From: Clostridiaceae bacterium
Lineage (GTDB): Bacteria; Bacillota; Clostridia; Oscillospirales; Acutalibacteraceae
Assembly: GCA_904501755.1 (NCBI GenBank)
Contig: CAJGBV010000004.1
Span: forward strand, 13,209-77,208
Direction: 5' to 3'
Length of the DNA stretch: 64,000 bases
Position 1 is the stretch's first letter. The number at the start of each line of letters is the position of its first letter. The notes under the pieces are model-generated. The model ran no database searches and had not been told where the DNA came from. It worked only from the letters and a program-made list of their open reading frames with translations. The translations under genes were made by a program, and so were the position numbers. This document shows, in pieces, positions 44,600 to 53,406 of this stretch.

Positions 44600-45355
44600 G
44601 TGATAGATATTAACATTAACGTTCCTCTTAAAATTTATTTTTATGACACTGTAGATTCCACAAACAATATCTGCAAAGTTCTGTCACAAAGTGGTGAGGA
44701 CTCTGCCTTGGTTATAGCCGATTTTCAAACAGCAGGCAAAGGCAGACTTGGGCGAAGCTTTTTCTCTCCAAAAAGTACGGGTATATATATGAGTTTGCTT
44801 TTGCGTCCTGATTTTTCCACCGAACAAATAACGCTTATAACCACTGCTGCGGCGGTTGCGGTTGCCGATGCTATAGATAATGTGTGCAACCAAAACACTC
44901 TTATAAAATGGGTGAATGATATTTATATTAAGGACAAAAAGGTGTGTGGAATTCTTTGCGAAGCAGGATTTTCAAGCTCAAACAATTCTTCAAACTATGT
45001 TGTTCTCGGTATAGGAATAAATCTTTTTGCCCCAAAAAACAGTTTTCCCGATGATATAAAGAATAAAGCAGGAAGCATTTTCAGCAATCTTTCTCAATGT
45101 ACCGATATTAAAGAAAGACTTATTGAGAAAATCGTTAAAAACTTTATGGAAATTTATGAAAAGCTTCCGTGTAAAGAATATATGAATAAGTATCGTCAAA
45201 AATCTTTCCTAATAGGAAAAAGCGTTGCCTTTTATAAGGACACACAACGTTTTACCGGCATAGTGCAGGATATAAACGATAATGCCGAGATAATTATAAA
45301 GACAAAAGACGAAACGATAAACCTTTTTGCAGGGGAAGTCAGCCTTGAAATTTAA
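44600..45355 (+). CDS. birA: Biotin-[acetyl-CoA-carboxylase] ligase, class I (no HTH domain)
   Basis: It has the GKGRLGRSF biotin-binding loop and is only 251 aa, starting directly in the catalytic domain. The start codon is uncertain. Confidence 0.85.
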   Translation: MIDININVPLKIYFYDTVDSTNNICKVLSQSGEDSALVIADFQTAGKGRLGRSFFSPKSTGIYMSLLLRPDFSTEQITLITTAAAVAVADAIDNVCNQNTLIKWVNDIYIKDKKVCGILCEAGFSSSNNSSNYVVLGIGINLFAPKNSFPDDIKNKAGSIFSNLSQCTDIKERLIEKIVKNFMEIYEKLPCKEYMNKYRQKSFLIGKSVAFYKDTQRFTGIVQDINDNAEIIIKTKDETINLFAGEVSLEI

Positions 45356-45356
45356 A

Positions 45357-45411
45357 AACCGACCTATTCCAACACCATATAGGGTGTGAGCATAGGCCGG
45401 TTACTTTTTTT
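45357..45411. terminator. Bidirectional terminator between convergent birA and the lipoprotein gene
   Basis: A nested hairpin AACCGACCTAT...ATAGGCCGGTT (one mismatch) is followed by a T-run. Confidence 0.65.
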
Positions 45412-45949
45412 ATTCGTCAGTGTCAGGAACTATAACAGAACCATTTTCGTCAAGCTTGATGTGAATTTTCATTTCACCGCTTGCCTCTACAAACTCGTAA
45501 CTTGCAACAGGAACGGCATAGTCGGTACTGGTAAAACCATCTTTAGGTATACCGGTTTTTCTGCTCTGCAGTGCAATCGTCTTAGTCCAGTTACCCTCAG
45601 CATCAAGAACTATATCAAAATTCTCGGAGCCAAAAAGACTTCCGTAATTAACATTCAACTTAACAGCGGTGTTTGCAAATTCAACCTTATTCTGAGATTT
45701 ACTGGACACCTTAATTGTAGCGTTAGCGGTTCCCCATTTCCATCTACCGCCCTTATAATCAGCATTGTCACCATCATAGGGGCTATATACTGTAGCCATA
45801 CTGTCAAAGCTAATTTCTACATTAAGATATGTATCAGCATTAGTCTTTGAAAGCTTCTTATCCTTTACGATTTCATCAACCTTACCGCCACAGGCAGCAA
45901 AAGAAAATACCATAACAAAGGCAAGTAATAAACACAAAATTTTCTTCAT
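45410..45949 (-). CDS. Lipoprotein of unknown function
   Basis: It has a signal peptide with lipobox FAACGG. I recognise no domain. Confidence 0.6.
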   Translation of the reverse strand: MKKILCLLLAFVMVFSFAACGGKVDEIVKDKKLSKTNADTYLNVEISFDSMATVYSPYDGDNADYKGGRWKWGTANATIKVSSKSQNKVEFANTAVKLNVNYGSLFGSENFDIVLDAEGNWTKTIALQSRKTGIPKDGFTSTDYAVPVASYEFVEASGEMKIHIKLDENGSVIVPDTDE

Positions 45950-46013
45950 AACAACATCCTCCTAATTCATTAAGACGAGTATATCACAGTTTAACACCTT
46001 TCGCAAGACTTTT

Positions 46014-46448
46014 TTACAAGGATTTATAAAACGCCACTGCCAGAGCATCGCATCTCTCATTTTCAGGATGTCCGTTATGCCCCTTAACCCAGTTTATGCT
46101 TATATCGTGTTTGCTGAAAAGGTCGAGAATCTCTTCCCACAAATCAACATTAAGAGCAGGTTTTTTATCAGCCTTTTTCCAGCCGTTTTTCTTCCAGGAT
46201 GCCGCCCAACCCTTTTCAATACCATCGGCAAGGTATTTCGAGTCGGTGGTTAATGTAACTTTGCAGGGTTCTTTAAGGGCACGAAGAGCCATAATAGCAG
46301 CAGTAAGCTCCATTCGGTTATTTGTGGTTTCCCTTTCTCCACCCGAAAGTTCCTTTTCTTTTCCGTTATATCTTAGCACCGCACCCCAACCGCCCGGACC
46401 GGGATTTCCTGAGCATGCACCATCAGTAAATATTTCAACATTCTTCAT
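46014..46448 (-). CDS. rnhA: Ribonuclease HI
   Basis: It has [21 protein letters not shown] and [15 protein letters not shown] motifs. Confidence 0.9.
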   Translation of the reverse strand: MKNVEIFTDGACSGNPGPGGWGAVLRYNGKEKELSGGERETTNNRMELTAAIMALRALKEPCKVTLTTDSKYLADGIEKGWAASWKKNGWKKADKKPALNVDLWEEILDLFSKHDISINWVKGHNGHPENERCDALAVAFYKSL

Positions 46449-46449
46449 A

Positions 46450-47037
46450 TCAGTATTTCCTATAGCTTCCTATAACCTTTCCCAGCACAGATGGATTTTC
46501 GGGATAAATAGGATCAAAATCGGGATTTTCAGGCATAAAAATAACCTGACCGTTTTTAACGAGGAGCCTTTTAACTGTAGCTTCATCCCCGTCCATACCG
46601 ATTATAATATCCCCTGTTTTATACCCTGCATTTTTATCGGCAACAACAATATCACCGTCAAGAATACCCGCATCCCTCATAGAAAGTCCCACAACCCGAA
46701 GGGCAAAAAGTCCCTCAGCGTCCTTTGTAGGATAAGGTATATAATCTTCAATCTGTTCTACCGCTAAAATTGGCTGACCCGCCGTTACTCTGCCCACAAC
46801 AGGAACTCTTGCGGCGGCAATGTTATCAGCAATCCTTATAGCACGGGAAGAATAGCTGTCCCTTATTATATATCCGTTTTCCTCAAGGGCATCAAGTATT
46901 CCGTGAACAGTAGAGGTGGACTTTATTGAACAGGCACTGCAGATTTCTCTGACAGTAGGCGGAAGTCCCTCTGCCATACTGGACACAAGAAAGCGGTAAA
47001 CCTTTTCCTGTTTCTCACTTAGTGCAGGTCTTGACAT
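46450..47037 (-). CDS. lexA: LexA repressor
   Basis: I moved the start to ATG 47037 (GGAG 8 nt upstream). It has a winged-helix N-terminus, an A-G cleavage site in VTAGQP, Ser in GLSM and Lys in ATVKR. Confidence 0.9.
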   Translation of the reverse strand: MSRPALSEKQEKVYRFLVSSMAEGLPPTVREICSACSIKSTSTVHGILDALEENGYIIRDSYSSRAIRIADNIAAARVPVVGRVTAGQPILAVEQIEDYIPYPTKDAEGLFALRVVGLSMRDAGILDGDIVVADKNAGYKTGDIIIGMDGDEATVKRLLVKNGQVIFMPENPDFDPIYPENPSVLGKVIGSYRKY

Positions 47038-47052
47038 AGCGCATTCTCCAAT

Positions 47053-47066
47053 CGAACATTTATTCT
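47053..47066. promoter_or_regulatory. Candidate SOS (Cheo-type) box CGAACATTTATTCT
   Basis: It matches the left half and GAAC-N4 spacing of the Firmicute consensus CGAAC-N4-GTTCG. The right half is degenerate. It lies 16 nt upstream of the lexA ATG. Confidence 0.4.
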
Positions 47067-47455
47067 TTTTTAATAGTACCACCTTTTTCTCCTTTTTTCA
47101 AGTGGAAACCTTTAATTATTTCGCTTATTCCCAAAATAACGAGAACCGAGCCGAATATTTTGCCTAAAAAATCACCGCCCACAAGACTGCTTAAATAGTA
47201 TCCTCCCACAGCACCTGCCATTCCGCAAAGAGCAAAGACAGTAACCGTTTTCCATTTAATAAGCTTTTTAAAGGAATAAAAAATAACCGCAGTCAGTCCT
47301 ATGGGAATAAAGAAAAGAAGGTTTATTCCCTGCGCATTTATCTGCTGTGTATCCTCAAAAATACGAAGATATATAAGAAGAACGGCACCTCCGCCAAGCC
47401 CCATTCCGCCAATAATTCCCGAAAGAAACCCTGCAATCAACTTAAATACATCCAT
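47060..47455 (-). CDS. TauE/SafE-type anion exporter, C-terminal half-size subunit
   Basis: I moved the start to ATG 47455. It has four hydrophobic segments with a GGMGLGGG motif. Its start overlaps the upstream stop codon in a TAATG arrangement. Confidence 0.7.
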   Translation of the reverse strand: MDVFKLIAGFLSGIIGGMGLGGGAVLLIYLRIFEDTQQINAQGINLLFFIPIGLTAVIFYSFKKLIKWKTVTVFALCGMAGAVGGYYLSSLVGGDFLGKIFGSVLVILGISEIIKGFHLKKGEKGGTIKKE

Positions 47456-47808
47456 TATTTCATCAGCATCCTTATTCCTGCCCACACCATAAATGCACCG
47501 AATATTATTTTCAGATATTTAGGTGAAATCTTTTTAAGCAATAATGTAGCAACCACCGAGCCTGCCACCCCGGAGGGCATAAAGCCTATCGCATCGGAAA
47601 TTCGCACTTGACCGTTAATCAGATAAATAACCGCACTGACAACAGAAATAGGAAGTATTACCGCCACCGCATTGGCGTGGGCCTGTTTTTGCTCCATTCC
47701 GCTTTTTTTAAGCAGTGGCACCGCCACCATTCCACCTCCTGCCCCTAACATACCGTTGACTATACCTATAGCAATACCCGATAAAGCATTTTTTAACGTT
47801 TTTTTCAT
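47455..47808 (-). CDS. TauE/SafE-type anion exporter, N-terminal half-size subunit
   Basis: I moved the start to ATG 47808 (MKKTLKNALSGIAIGIVNGMLGAGGGMV). Confidence 0.7.
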   Translation of the reverse strand: MKKTLKNALSGIAIGIVNGMLGAGGGMVAVPLLKKSGMEQKQAHANAVAVILPISVVSAVIYLINGQVRISDAIGFMPSGVAGSVVATLLLKKISPKYLKIIFGAFMVWAGIRMLMK

Positions 47809-47905
47809 TTTCTCACCTTCAAAATTAGTGTATCCAGATATTGCACAAACAAAAACTCTCATTTTAGTTAACAGAAAAAGGTTGTGCAGAAATTGCACAA
47901 CCTTT

Positions 47906-48574
47906 TTATAATATTGTTTTAAGTTCTTCTAAGTTTTCTAATGTATATGTTGCATTATTACAGTTTTCCCCTATAAAGCAACTATCAATTCCTACATTTA
48001 CCGCACCCTTAATATCAGATGTAGGTGAATCCCCGATAACAAGAATTTTACTTTTATCCTTTTCAGTAATTTCATCAAAAACCTTATCAAAAAAAGCAAC
48101 CTCGGGCTTTGGAACACCGATTTCCTGAGAAATAAACAGGTGGGATATATAGTTATCTATCCCTGAAAGCGCTATTCTTGACCGTTGGCATTTTGGTATA
48201 CCGTTAGTAATTACCGCAAGAGTATAGCCTTTATTTTTACAGTAAGAAAGAATATCATCACAGTAAGGCATTTTTATAACACAGTTTGAAAGCTTTTCAA
48301 GATACCCCTTAGACAGTGCCTGTGGGTCAAGCTTTACATTCTTTTCATTAGCAAAGGTTTCAAATCTGCCTGTATAAATCTGCTCTGCCCTTATTTCACC
48401 ACGTTCAAAAGCCTTCCAGTACATATCGTTAATTTCGCTGTACCGTTTTACCGAGGCTTCATCACAGGGCAAACCGCTTTCACAAAACAGCTTTTTTATA
48501 CAGACATACTCAGACCTGGTAAAATCAAGCAACGTATTATCAAGGTCGAAAAGCAGGGTGGTATATTTACCCAT
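47906..48574 (-). CDS. HAD-superfamily hydrolase (YjjG-like nucleotidase subfamily)
   Basis: It has the DxDxT motif FDLDNTLLDF and a GDSPTSD motif. Confidence 0.7.
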   Translation of the reverse strand: MGKYTTLLFDLDNTLLDFTRSEYVCIKKLFCESGLPCDEASVKRYSEINDMYWKAFERGEIRAEQIYTGRFETFANEKNVKLDPQALSKGYLEKLSNCVIKMPYCDDILSYCKNKGYTLAVITNGIPKCQRSRIALSGIDNYISHLFISQEIGVPKPEVAFFDKVFDEITEKDKSKILVIGDSPTSDIKGAVNVGIDSCFIGENCNNATYTLENLEELKTIL

Positions 48575-48839
48575 TGTTTTTCTGATTCCTCATTGAATAT
48601 TCAATAGCCGCCTTCTGCGCAGGGGTAACATACACCGTCTGAGCAGTGCGGTAATCGGGGAATTCAGGGTTTGGAAGCATCATGGTAACGGGGACAAGTC
48701 CCATAGGTATTTCCTGTGCATTTGCATATACAGGGGAAACAGGGGCGCCTTCCCTGACAGGTTCAAACTTTGTTCCGCAATTTTTACAGTAAACAAATCT
48801 TTCTTCATTTTCGGTTTTACAAATTCTGCATATTTTCAT
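48567..48839 (-). CDS. Zinc-ribbon domain protein
   Basis: It has the motif CRICKTEN...CKNCG at the N-terminus. Confidence 0.6.
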   Translation of the reverse strand: MKICRICKTENEERFVYCKNCGTKFEPVREGAPVSPVYANAQEIPMGLVPVTMMLPNPEFPDYRTAQTVYVTPAQKAAIEYSMRNQKNNG

Positions 48840-48853
48840 AATTTACACCACCA

Positions 48854-49795
48854 TTATAGTATAAATGAAGCAATTATACTTGGTAAATACTGAACAGCCG
48901 CAAAGGCAACAAACATTCCCAGTATACTAAAACCGCCTTTTTTACGGTAAAGCTGATATTTTTCCTCGTCAGTAAGGTTCATACTTCTTATCTCACTCAT
49001 AGCGCTTATTACGTGCTTATAATAAAGCTTATTTCCGAAAAGACCGCAAAGAATCCTTACAAGCCCATAAAGAATACTACCAACTGTTGCAAGATTAAAG
49101 GCTCCCATAATATCGGGAACACCTGCATAAACAGCATCGGCAACTTCTTTATAGCTTTCATATCCCATCTGCTCTATAGCAAGGGACAGAGGAAGCAGTA
49201 AAAGCACCGCCGCTATTTCAAAAGCACCTGCAATAAGTGCCTCCTTATACATTTTTCGGGAGGCAAATTTCACAGCAGGAAAGAACAGTCCCCAAAACGA
49301 AAAGCCAAGCTTAGCCCCGTTTTTTATGGACAAAAACTTAGGAATGGTACGGTTGGTACCTGCACCAACAAAGTTTTTAACCTCATCTGCAGTATGGCCC
49401 TCACCCAAGTCCTCATTTTTATCCACTCCACCGAGAAAATCCATATTTATGACGGTAGCTCTTGAGTAACCGTTGGGTGTCATACAGTAAGGACACTGCT
49501 TTTCCTTGATGTCATACCGTTTATGACAGTAGGAGCACTCCACCTGTATCTTTGGCCTTTCTTCCTGCGCTTGTTTTTCCTGTGTTTCTTTTTCCTGTTC
49601 TTCTGCTATACGCTTTTTTACAAGGTCGTACTGATTTTCGGTGCCGTGAAAAGCATCCATACCGCACTTGCCTGCATTTACAAAACATTCTCTGTGATGA
49701 GGTGCTCCGCAAACAGAACATACCGCAATATCATCATCCTCAAATAAATACGCGTGACAAACAGGACAGCTTTGTCCTTTAATTTGAAAACTCAT
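48854..49795 (-). CDS. Membrane protein with an N-terminal RING/PHD-like zinc finger, a second zinc ribbon and a DUF2628-like TM region
   Basis: I moved the start to ATG 49795. CPVC-x13-CSVCGAPHHREC-x6-C resembles prokaryotic RING finger family 1. CSYC...CPYC follows. The C-terminal half is hydrophobic. Confidence 0.55.
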   Translation of the reverse strand: MSFQIKGQSCPVCHAYLFEDDDIAVCSVCGAPHHRECFVNAGKCGMDAFHGTENQYDLVKKRIAEEQEKETQEKQAQEERPKIQVECSYCHKRYDIKEKQCPYCMTPNGYSRATVINMDFLGGVDKNEDLGEGHTADEVKNFVGAGTNRTIPKFLSIKNGAKLGFSFWGLFFPAVKFASRKMYKEALIAGAFEIAAVLLLLPLSLAIEQMGYESYKEVADAVYAGVPDIMGAFNLATVGSILYGLVRILCGLFGNKLYYKHVISAMSEIRSMNLTDEEKYQLYRKKGGFSILGMFVAFAAVQYLPSIIASFIL

Positions 49796-50300
49796 TTCTA
49801 TATTCCTTTGCAAATCGGAAAATCATTTCAAAATATTCTTTTCCGTAGTTATGAAATTCTCCGTTATCAACCATTTTTCTGAACTCTTCTTCGGTCACCC
49901 ATCTTACCTGAGCTACCTCACTGGACTGAAGAACAAGTCCCGATATATCGGCATTACTTTTGGTAAACCAAACATCAACGAAAGAATTTCTTTTTTTAAT
50001 TCGCGCCATTTTTTTACAAAAGCGCTGTGTACAATTGATTCCAAGCTCTTCAAGCAATTCGCGTTGAGCCGCACAAAAAGAGGTTTCTCCCGATATAGCA
50101 GAGCCGCCTGTAGCCGCCCATTCACCCGGCATAAGCTTTTTATCTTTACTTCTCTGCTGAATAAGAAATTTCCCCTCATCCGATACCACCCAGATATGAA
50201 CAACGAGGTGATATTCACCGGGACGCATAAAATACTTTCCGCGAACAGCCGTTTTTCCGGTAATCTTACCGTTGGAATCCAAAATATCCCATTTTTCCAT
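49779..50300 (-). CDS. NUDIX hydrolase
   Basis: It has the Nudix box GGSAISGETSFCAAQRELLEELGI. Confidence 0.85.
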   Translation of the reverse strand: MEKWDILDSNGKITGKTAVRGKYFMRPGEYHLVVHIWVVSDEGKFLIQQRSKDKKLMPGEWAATGGSAISGETSFCAAQRELLEELGINCTQRFCKKMARIKKRNSFVDVWFTKSNADISGLVLQSSEVAQVRWVTEEEFRKMVDNGEFHNYGKEYFEMIFRFAKEYRNEFSN

Positions 50301-50426
50301 TTTCGGCTTTTTCCTTTACTTTCAATTCAAAACCCTGAGGTTTTCGATTAATCCACTATATTATATCAAATTTTCCCCATTTCTTCAACTCTTTTTACAT
50401 CTGTTTTAAATTTTTTTACATAACAC

Positions 50427-50455
50427 TTGTAAATTATTAAAAAATAGTATATAAT
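50427..50455 (+). promoter_or_regulatory. Sigma-A promoter of the SRP RNA gene
   Basis: TTGTAA, a 17-nt spacer, then TATAAT. It ends 13 nt before the RNA closing helix. Confidence 0.6.
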
Positions 50456-50468
50456 ATTAAATCGAAAT

Positions 50469-50600
50469 GTATCCGCGTGTGCGAATGGGCGGGTCCTGTG
50501 CGACGGAATGCCATGAACCATGTCAGGCGGGGAACCGAGCAGCATTAAGTGGATTTTTCCGTGCGCCGCAGCAAATCGGTCCATTCGTACACTCGGGTAC
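50469..50600 (+). ncRNA. ffs: Signal recognition particle RNA (short, 4.5S-like form)
   Basis: The domain IV signature GUCAGGCGG-GGAA-CCGAGCAGC has a GNRA tetraloop. A 20-bp closing helix joins 50469-50488 and 50581-50600 with two G-U pairs and one mismatch. The position directly upstream of dnaX matches Bacillus scr-dnaX-yaaK-recR synteny. Confidence 0.8.
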
Positions 50601-50637
50601 ATTTTAATTATTATACTATTTGCAAGGAGGGAATTTT

Positions 50638-52215
50638 TTGGCATATCAGGCACTGTACCGAAAATATCGTCCTACCGCATTTTCTGATGTTGTAGGGCAG
50701 GAGCATATTACCGAAACTCTTAAAAATCAATTAAGCTCAGGTAAAATTTTCCACGCTTATTTATTCACCGGAACAAGAGGTACAGGTAAAACCACCTGTG
50801 CTAAAATACTTTCAAGGGCAGTTAACTGTCTGTCCCCTGTAAACGGCGACCCTTGCGGTGAGTGTGCCGCCTGTAAAAGCATTGCTCAGGGTGAGAATAC
50901 CGATATTGCCGAAATAGATGCCGCTTCTAACAATGGTGTAGACGACATCAGAAGTCTTAGGGACCAGGTTAATTTTGCCCCTGCAAATTCAAAATACAGA
51001 ATTTATATAATCGACGAGGTTCATATGCTTACCGACAACGCCTTTAACGCGTTGCTCAAAACCCTTGAAGAGCCTCCCGCACATATTATTTTTATACTTG
51101 CTACCACCGAGGTACACAAGCTTCCCGCTACAATTCTCTCCCGCTGTCAGCGTTTTGATTTCCACCGCATTGACAGCGATATTATAGCACAGAGACTGAA
51201 ATTTGTTGCCGAAAAAGAAAGACTTACAATAACCGACGGTGCCGCAACCCTTATTGCCTCTGCCGCTGACGGCGGTATGCGTGACGCACTGAGTCTTCTT
51301 GACCTTTGTGTATCAAGTTCAGAGGTGATTGACGAGCAAACTGTTTCGTCTGTCTGTGGTATGGCGGGGCAGGATTATCTATGCAATTTAAGTGAGGCTA
51401 TAAAAAACAGGGATACCTCCCGTGCACTCACCTTGCTTGATGAAATTCACAACTCTTCTATTGATATGCTTCGTCTTTTAAACGAGCTTACCCGTCACTA
51501 TCGTGACCTTATGATAGTAAAAACCGTAAACAGCGAGAAAAAGCCTATTGTCTGTTCTCCCGACCATTTAAACGCCCTTTCAAAACAGGCTGAGGGTTAT
51601 CCGCTGAGAGATATAATGTGGTCGCTCAAGGTTCTTCAGGAGGTATTTCCTGCTATGCAGTCGGGTAACCGCCGTCTGCATATGGAAATGACACTTATAC
51701 GCCTTTGTTCAAAGGACGACAGCAACACCACCTCTGCAGATTTACTTCGGAGAATAATTGCCCTTGAAGAATCGATTTCTTCAGGGAAAACTCTTGTAAG
51801 CAACACTGCACCTAAAAACAATGATGAGCAGACAACTCCTCAGACGGAAAGCACCCCCCATCCTGTTGACAACGATAACATTTCTGTTTCCGATGGTCCA
51901 CTGGATTGCTGGGATGAGATTTTAGAGCAGGTATGTTTGCTTTGTCCCCTTGCTATCGGTATCCTTAACGGCTCAAAAGCTTATATTAAGGGCGATTTTC
52001 TGCTTATAGATGCACAAAACCCTATGTTCCGTTCAATGATGAACAGCAGTGATACAATGCGTAATTCAATCCGTCAGGCTGCAGAGCAAAAATTGGGACG
52101 AGCCTTCAGGCTTGGGCCGTATAAAGCTCAGGCAGAAAAGAACTCAGGCGTTGACCCTTTAATGACGGTTGCCAATAAACTAAGTAATCTTAAAATAGGA
52201 GAAAACCAAGAATGA
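50638..52215 (+). CDS. dnaX: DNA polymerase III subunit gamma/tau
   Basis: I moved the start to TTG 50638 (AGGAGG upstream; MAYQALYRKYRP). It has Walker A GTRGTGKTT and the SRC motif SRCQRF. Confidence 0.9.
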   Translation: MAYQALYRKYRPTAFSDVVGQEHITETLKNQLSSGKIFHAYLFTGTRGTGKTTCAKILSRAVNCLSPVNGDPCGECAACKSIAQGENTDIAEIDAASNNGVDDIRSLRDQVNFAPANSKYRIYIIDEVHMLTDNAFNALLKTLEEPPAHIIFILATTEVHKLPATILSRCQRFDFHRIDSDIIAQRLKFVAEKERLTITDGAATLIASAADGGMRDALSLLDLCVSSSEVIDEQTVSSVCGMAGQDYLCNLSEAIKNRDTSRALTLLDEIHNSSIDMLRLLNELTRHYRDLMIVKTVNSEKKPIVCSPDHLNALSKQAEGYPLRDIMWSLKVLQEVFPAMQSGNRRLHMEMTLIRLCSKDDSNTTSADLLRRIIALEESISSGKTLVSNTAPKNNDEQTTPQTESTPHPVDNDNISVSDGPLDCWDEILEQVCLLCPLAIGILNGSKAYIKGDFLLIDAQNPMFRSMMNSSDTMRNSIRQAAEQKLGRAFRLGPYKAQAEKNSGVDPLMTVANKLSNLKIGENQE

Positions 52216-52553
52216 AAGTAAGAATTCCAAACAGCGGCGGTCCTTCAAATATGAACGCTATGCTTAAACAAGCTCAGAAAATGCAGGAGGATATGGCTAA
52301 TCTTCAGGCAGACCTTGAGGAAAGAGAATACAGCGGTACAGCAGGAGGCTCCTCTGTCAGTGTAACCGTAGACGGCAAGCATAAAATCAAAAAGCTTACC
52401 ATCGACCCTTCTATTGTTGACCCTGAGGATACCGAAATGCTTGAGGACCTTGTAACTGTAGCTGTTAATGCTGCAATCGATCTTGCCGCAAAAACCGCAG
52501 AAGAAGAAATGGGAGCTATTACCGGCGGTCTTAACATCCCCGGAATGTTTTAA
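52212..52553 (+). CDS. ybaB: YbaB/EbfC family nucleoid-associated protein
   Basis: It has the [12 protein letters not shown] motif and sits in the conserved position between dnaX and recR. Confidence 0.9.
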   Translation: MKVRIPNSGGPSNMNAMLKQAQKMQEDMANLQADLEEREYSGTAGGSSVSVTVDGKHKIKKLTIDPSIVDPEDTEMLEDLVTVAVNAAIDLAAKTAEEEMGAITGGLNIPGMF

Positions 52554-52555
52554 TC

Positions 52556-53155
52556 ATGGCTTATAACATCACCTCTCTGTCCGAGCTTATAAAGCAGTTT
52601 GAAAAACTGCCCGGAATAGGTAAAAAAACTGCTCAGCGACTTGCCTTTCACATACTTGCTCAGCCACCACAAAATGCTCAGCAATTTGCAAAGGCACTTG
52701 TTGAGGCAAGAGAAAAAATTCATTTTTGTCCCTGTTGTCAGTCCCTTACAGACGATGCGCTATGTTCTGTTTGCAGTGATGAAGCAAGGGATAATTCTAC
52801 CATTTGCGTTGTAGAAGACCCCAAGGATGTTCTCGCTTTTGAAAAAACAAGAGAATATAAGGGGCTTTACCACGTTCTGCATGGTGCTTTTTCACCTCTT
52901 GACGGCATTGGCCCCGAACAGCTTAAAATCAAAGAGCTTATGAAAAGACTTTCCGACACAACGGTAAAGGAAGTAATTATGGCTACAAATCTTACGGTTG
53001 AGGGCGAAGCTACCGCAAGCTACATATCCCGTCTTGCAAAGCCGCTTGGTGTAAAGGTAACCCGTCTTGCTTATGGTATTCCTGTTGGCGGCGATTTGGA
53101 ATATGCCGATGAAAAAACCCTTACCAGAGCTCTTGAAGGGAGAAATGAAATATAA
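52556..53155 (+). CDS. recR: Recombination protein RecR
   Basis: It has a helix-hairpin-helix N-terminus ([15 protein letters not shown]), a C4 zinc finger CPCC...CSVC and a Toprim domain. Confidence 0.95.
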   Translation: MAYNITSLSELIKQFEKLPGIGKKTAQRLAFHILAQPPQNAQQFAKALVEAREKIHFCPCCQSLTDDALCSVCSDEARDNSTICVVEDPKDVLAFEKTREYKGLYHVLHGAFSPLDGIGPEQLKIKELMKRLSDTTVKEVIMATNLTVEGEATASYISRLAKPLGVKVTRLAYGIPVGGDLEYADEKTLTRALEGRNEI

Positions 53156-53361
53156 TGGAACAGAAAAAAATCGACCGAATAAACTTCCTTGCCAGAAAAA
53201 GCCGTGAAGAAGGTCTTACCGAAGAAGAAAAAAAGGAACAGGCTGTACTAAGACGAGAATACATAGATTCTTACAAGCGTAGCCTTGAAATTCAGCTTAA
53301 CAACACCACCATTCTTTATGAGGACGGAACAAAGAAAAAGCTAAAAAAGAAAGATAACTGA
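53155..53361 (+). CDS. DUF896 (YnzC-like) family protein
   Basis: It is 68 aa, with IDRINFLARKSREEGLTEEEKKEQAVLRREYI typical of the family. Confidence 0.7.
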   Translation: MEQKKIDRINFLARKSREEGLTEEEKKEQAVLRREYIDSYKRSLEIQLNNTTILYEDGTKKKLKKKDN

Positions 53362-53369
53362 TATATTAA

Positions 53370-53395
53370 GTCCTGTGCTGAGCACAGGGCTTTTT
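53370..53395 (+). terminator. Intrinsic terminator ending the dnaX-recR operon
   Basis: Hairpin GTCCTGTGC / GCACAGGGC is followed by TTTTT. Confidence 0.8.
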
Positions 53396-53406
53396 AGGAG
53401 AAAAGT

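Noticed and set aside
46096-46767. A long antisense ORF (223 aa). Similar cases are 8145..8690, 25585..26085, 26104..26610, 43233..43760, 45386..45850, 49851..50351, 54628..55068 and 63530..63886.
   Set aside because: Each lies opposite a gene with clear family motifs and translates to low-complexity or Cys/Phe/Ile-rich nonsense. These are typical shadow ORFs in AT-rich DNA.
50301-50468. Gene orientation switches here, from mostly minus on the left to all plus on the right, next to dnaX-recR. I considered a replication origin.
   Set aside because: There is no dnaA or dnaN gene. Only a single weak DnaA-box-like 9-mer (TAATCCACT) is present, and there is no AT-rich unwinding repeat array. The left part also contains several plus-strand blocks. 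The promoter and SRP RNA explain the region better.
50366-50653. A 95-aa minus-strand ORF between the NUDIX gene and dnaX.
   Set aside because: It overlaps the SRP RNA gene and its promoter. It has no ribosome-binding site and an implausible composition.
50638-52215. I looked for a programmed -1 frameshift site (A AAA AAG type) in dnaX that would produce a gamma subunit.
   Set aside because: I found no A AAA AAG heptamer with a downstream hairpin by eye. The closest run (GAGAAAAAGCC near 51535) is not a slippery heptamer in the right frame.
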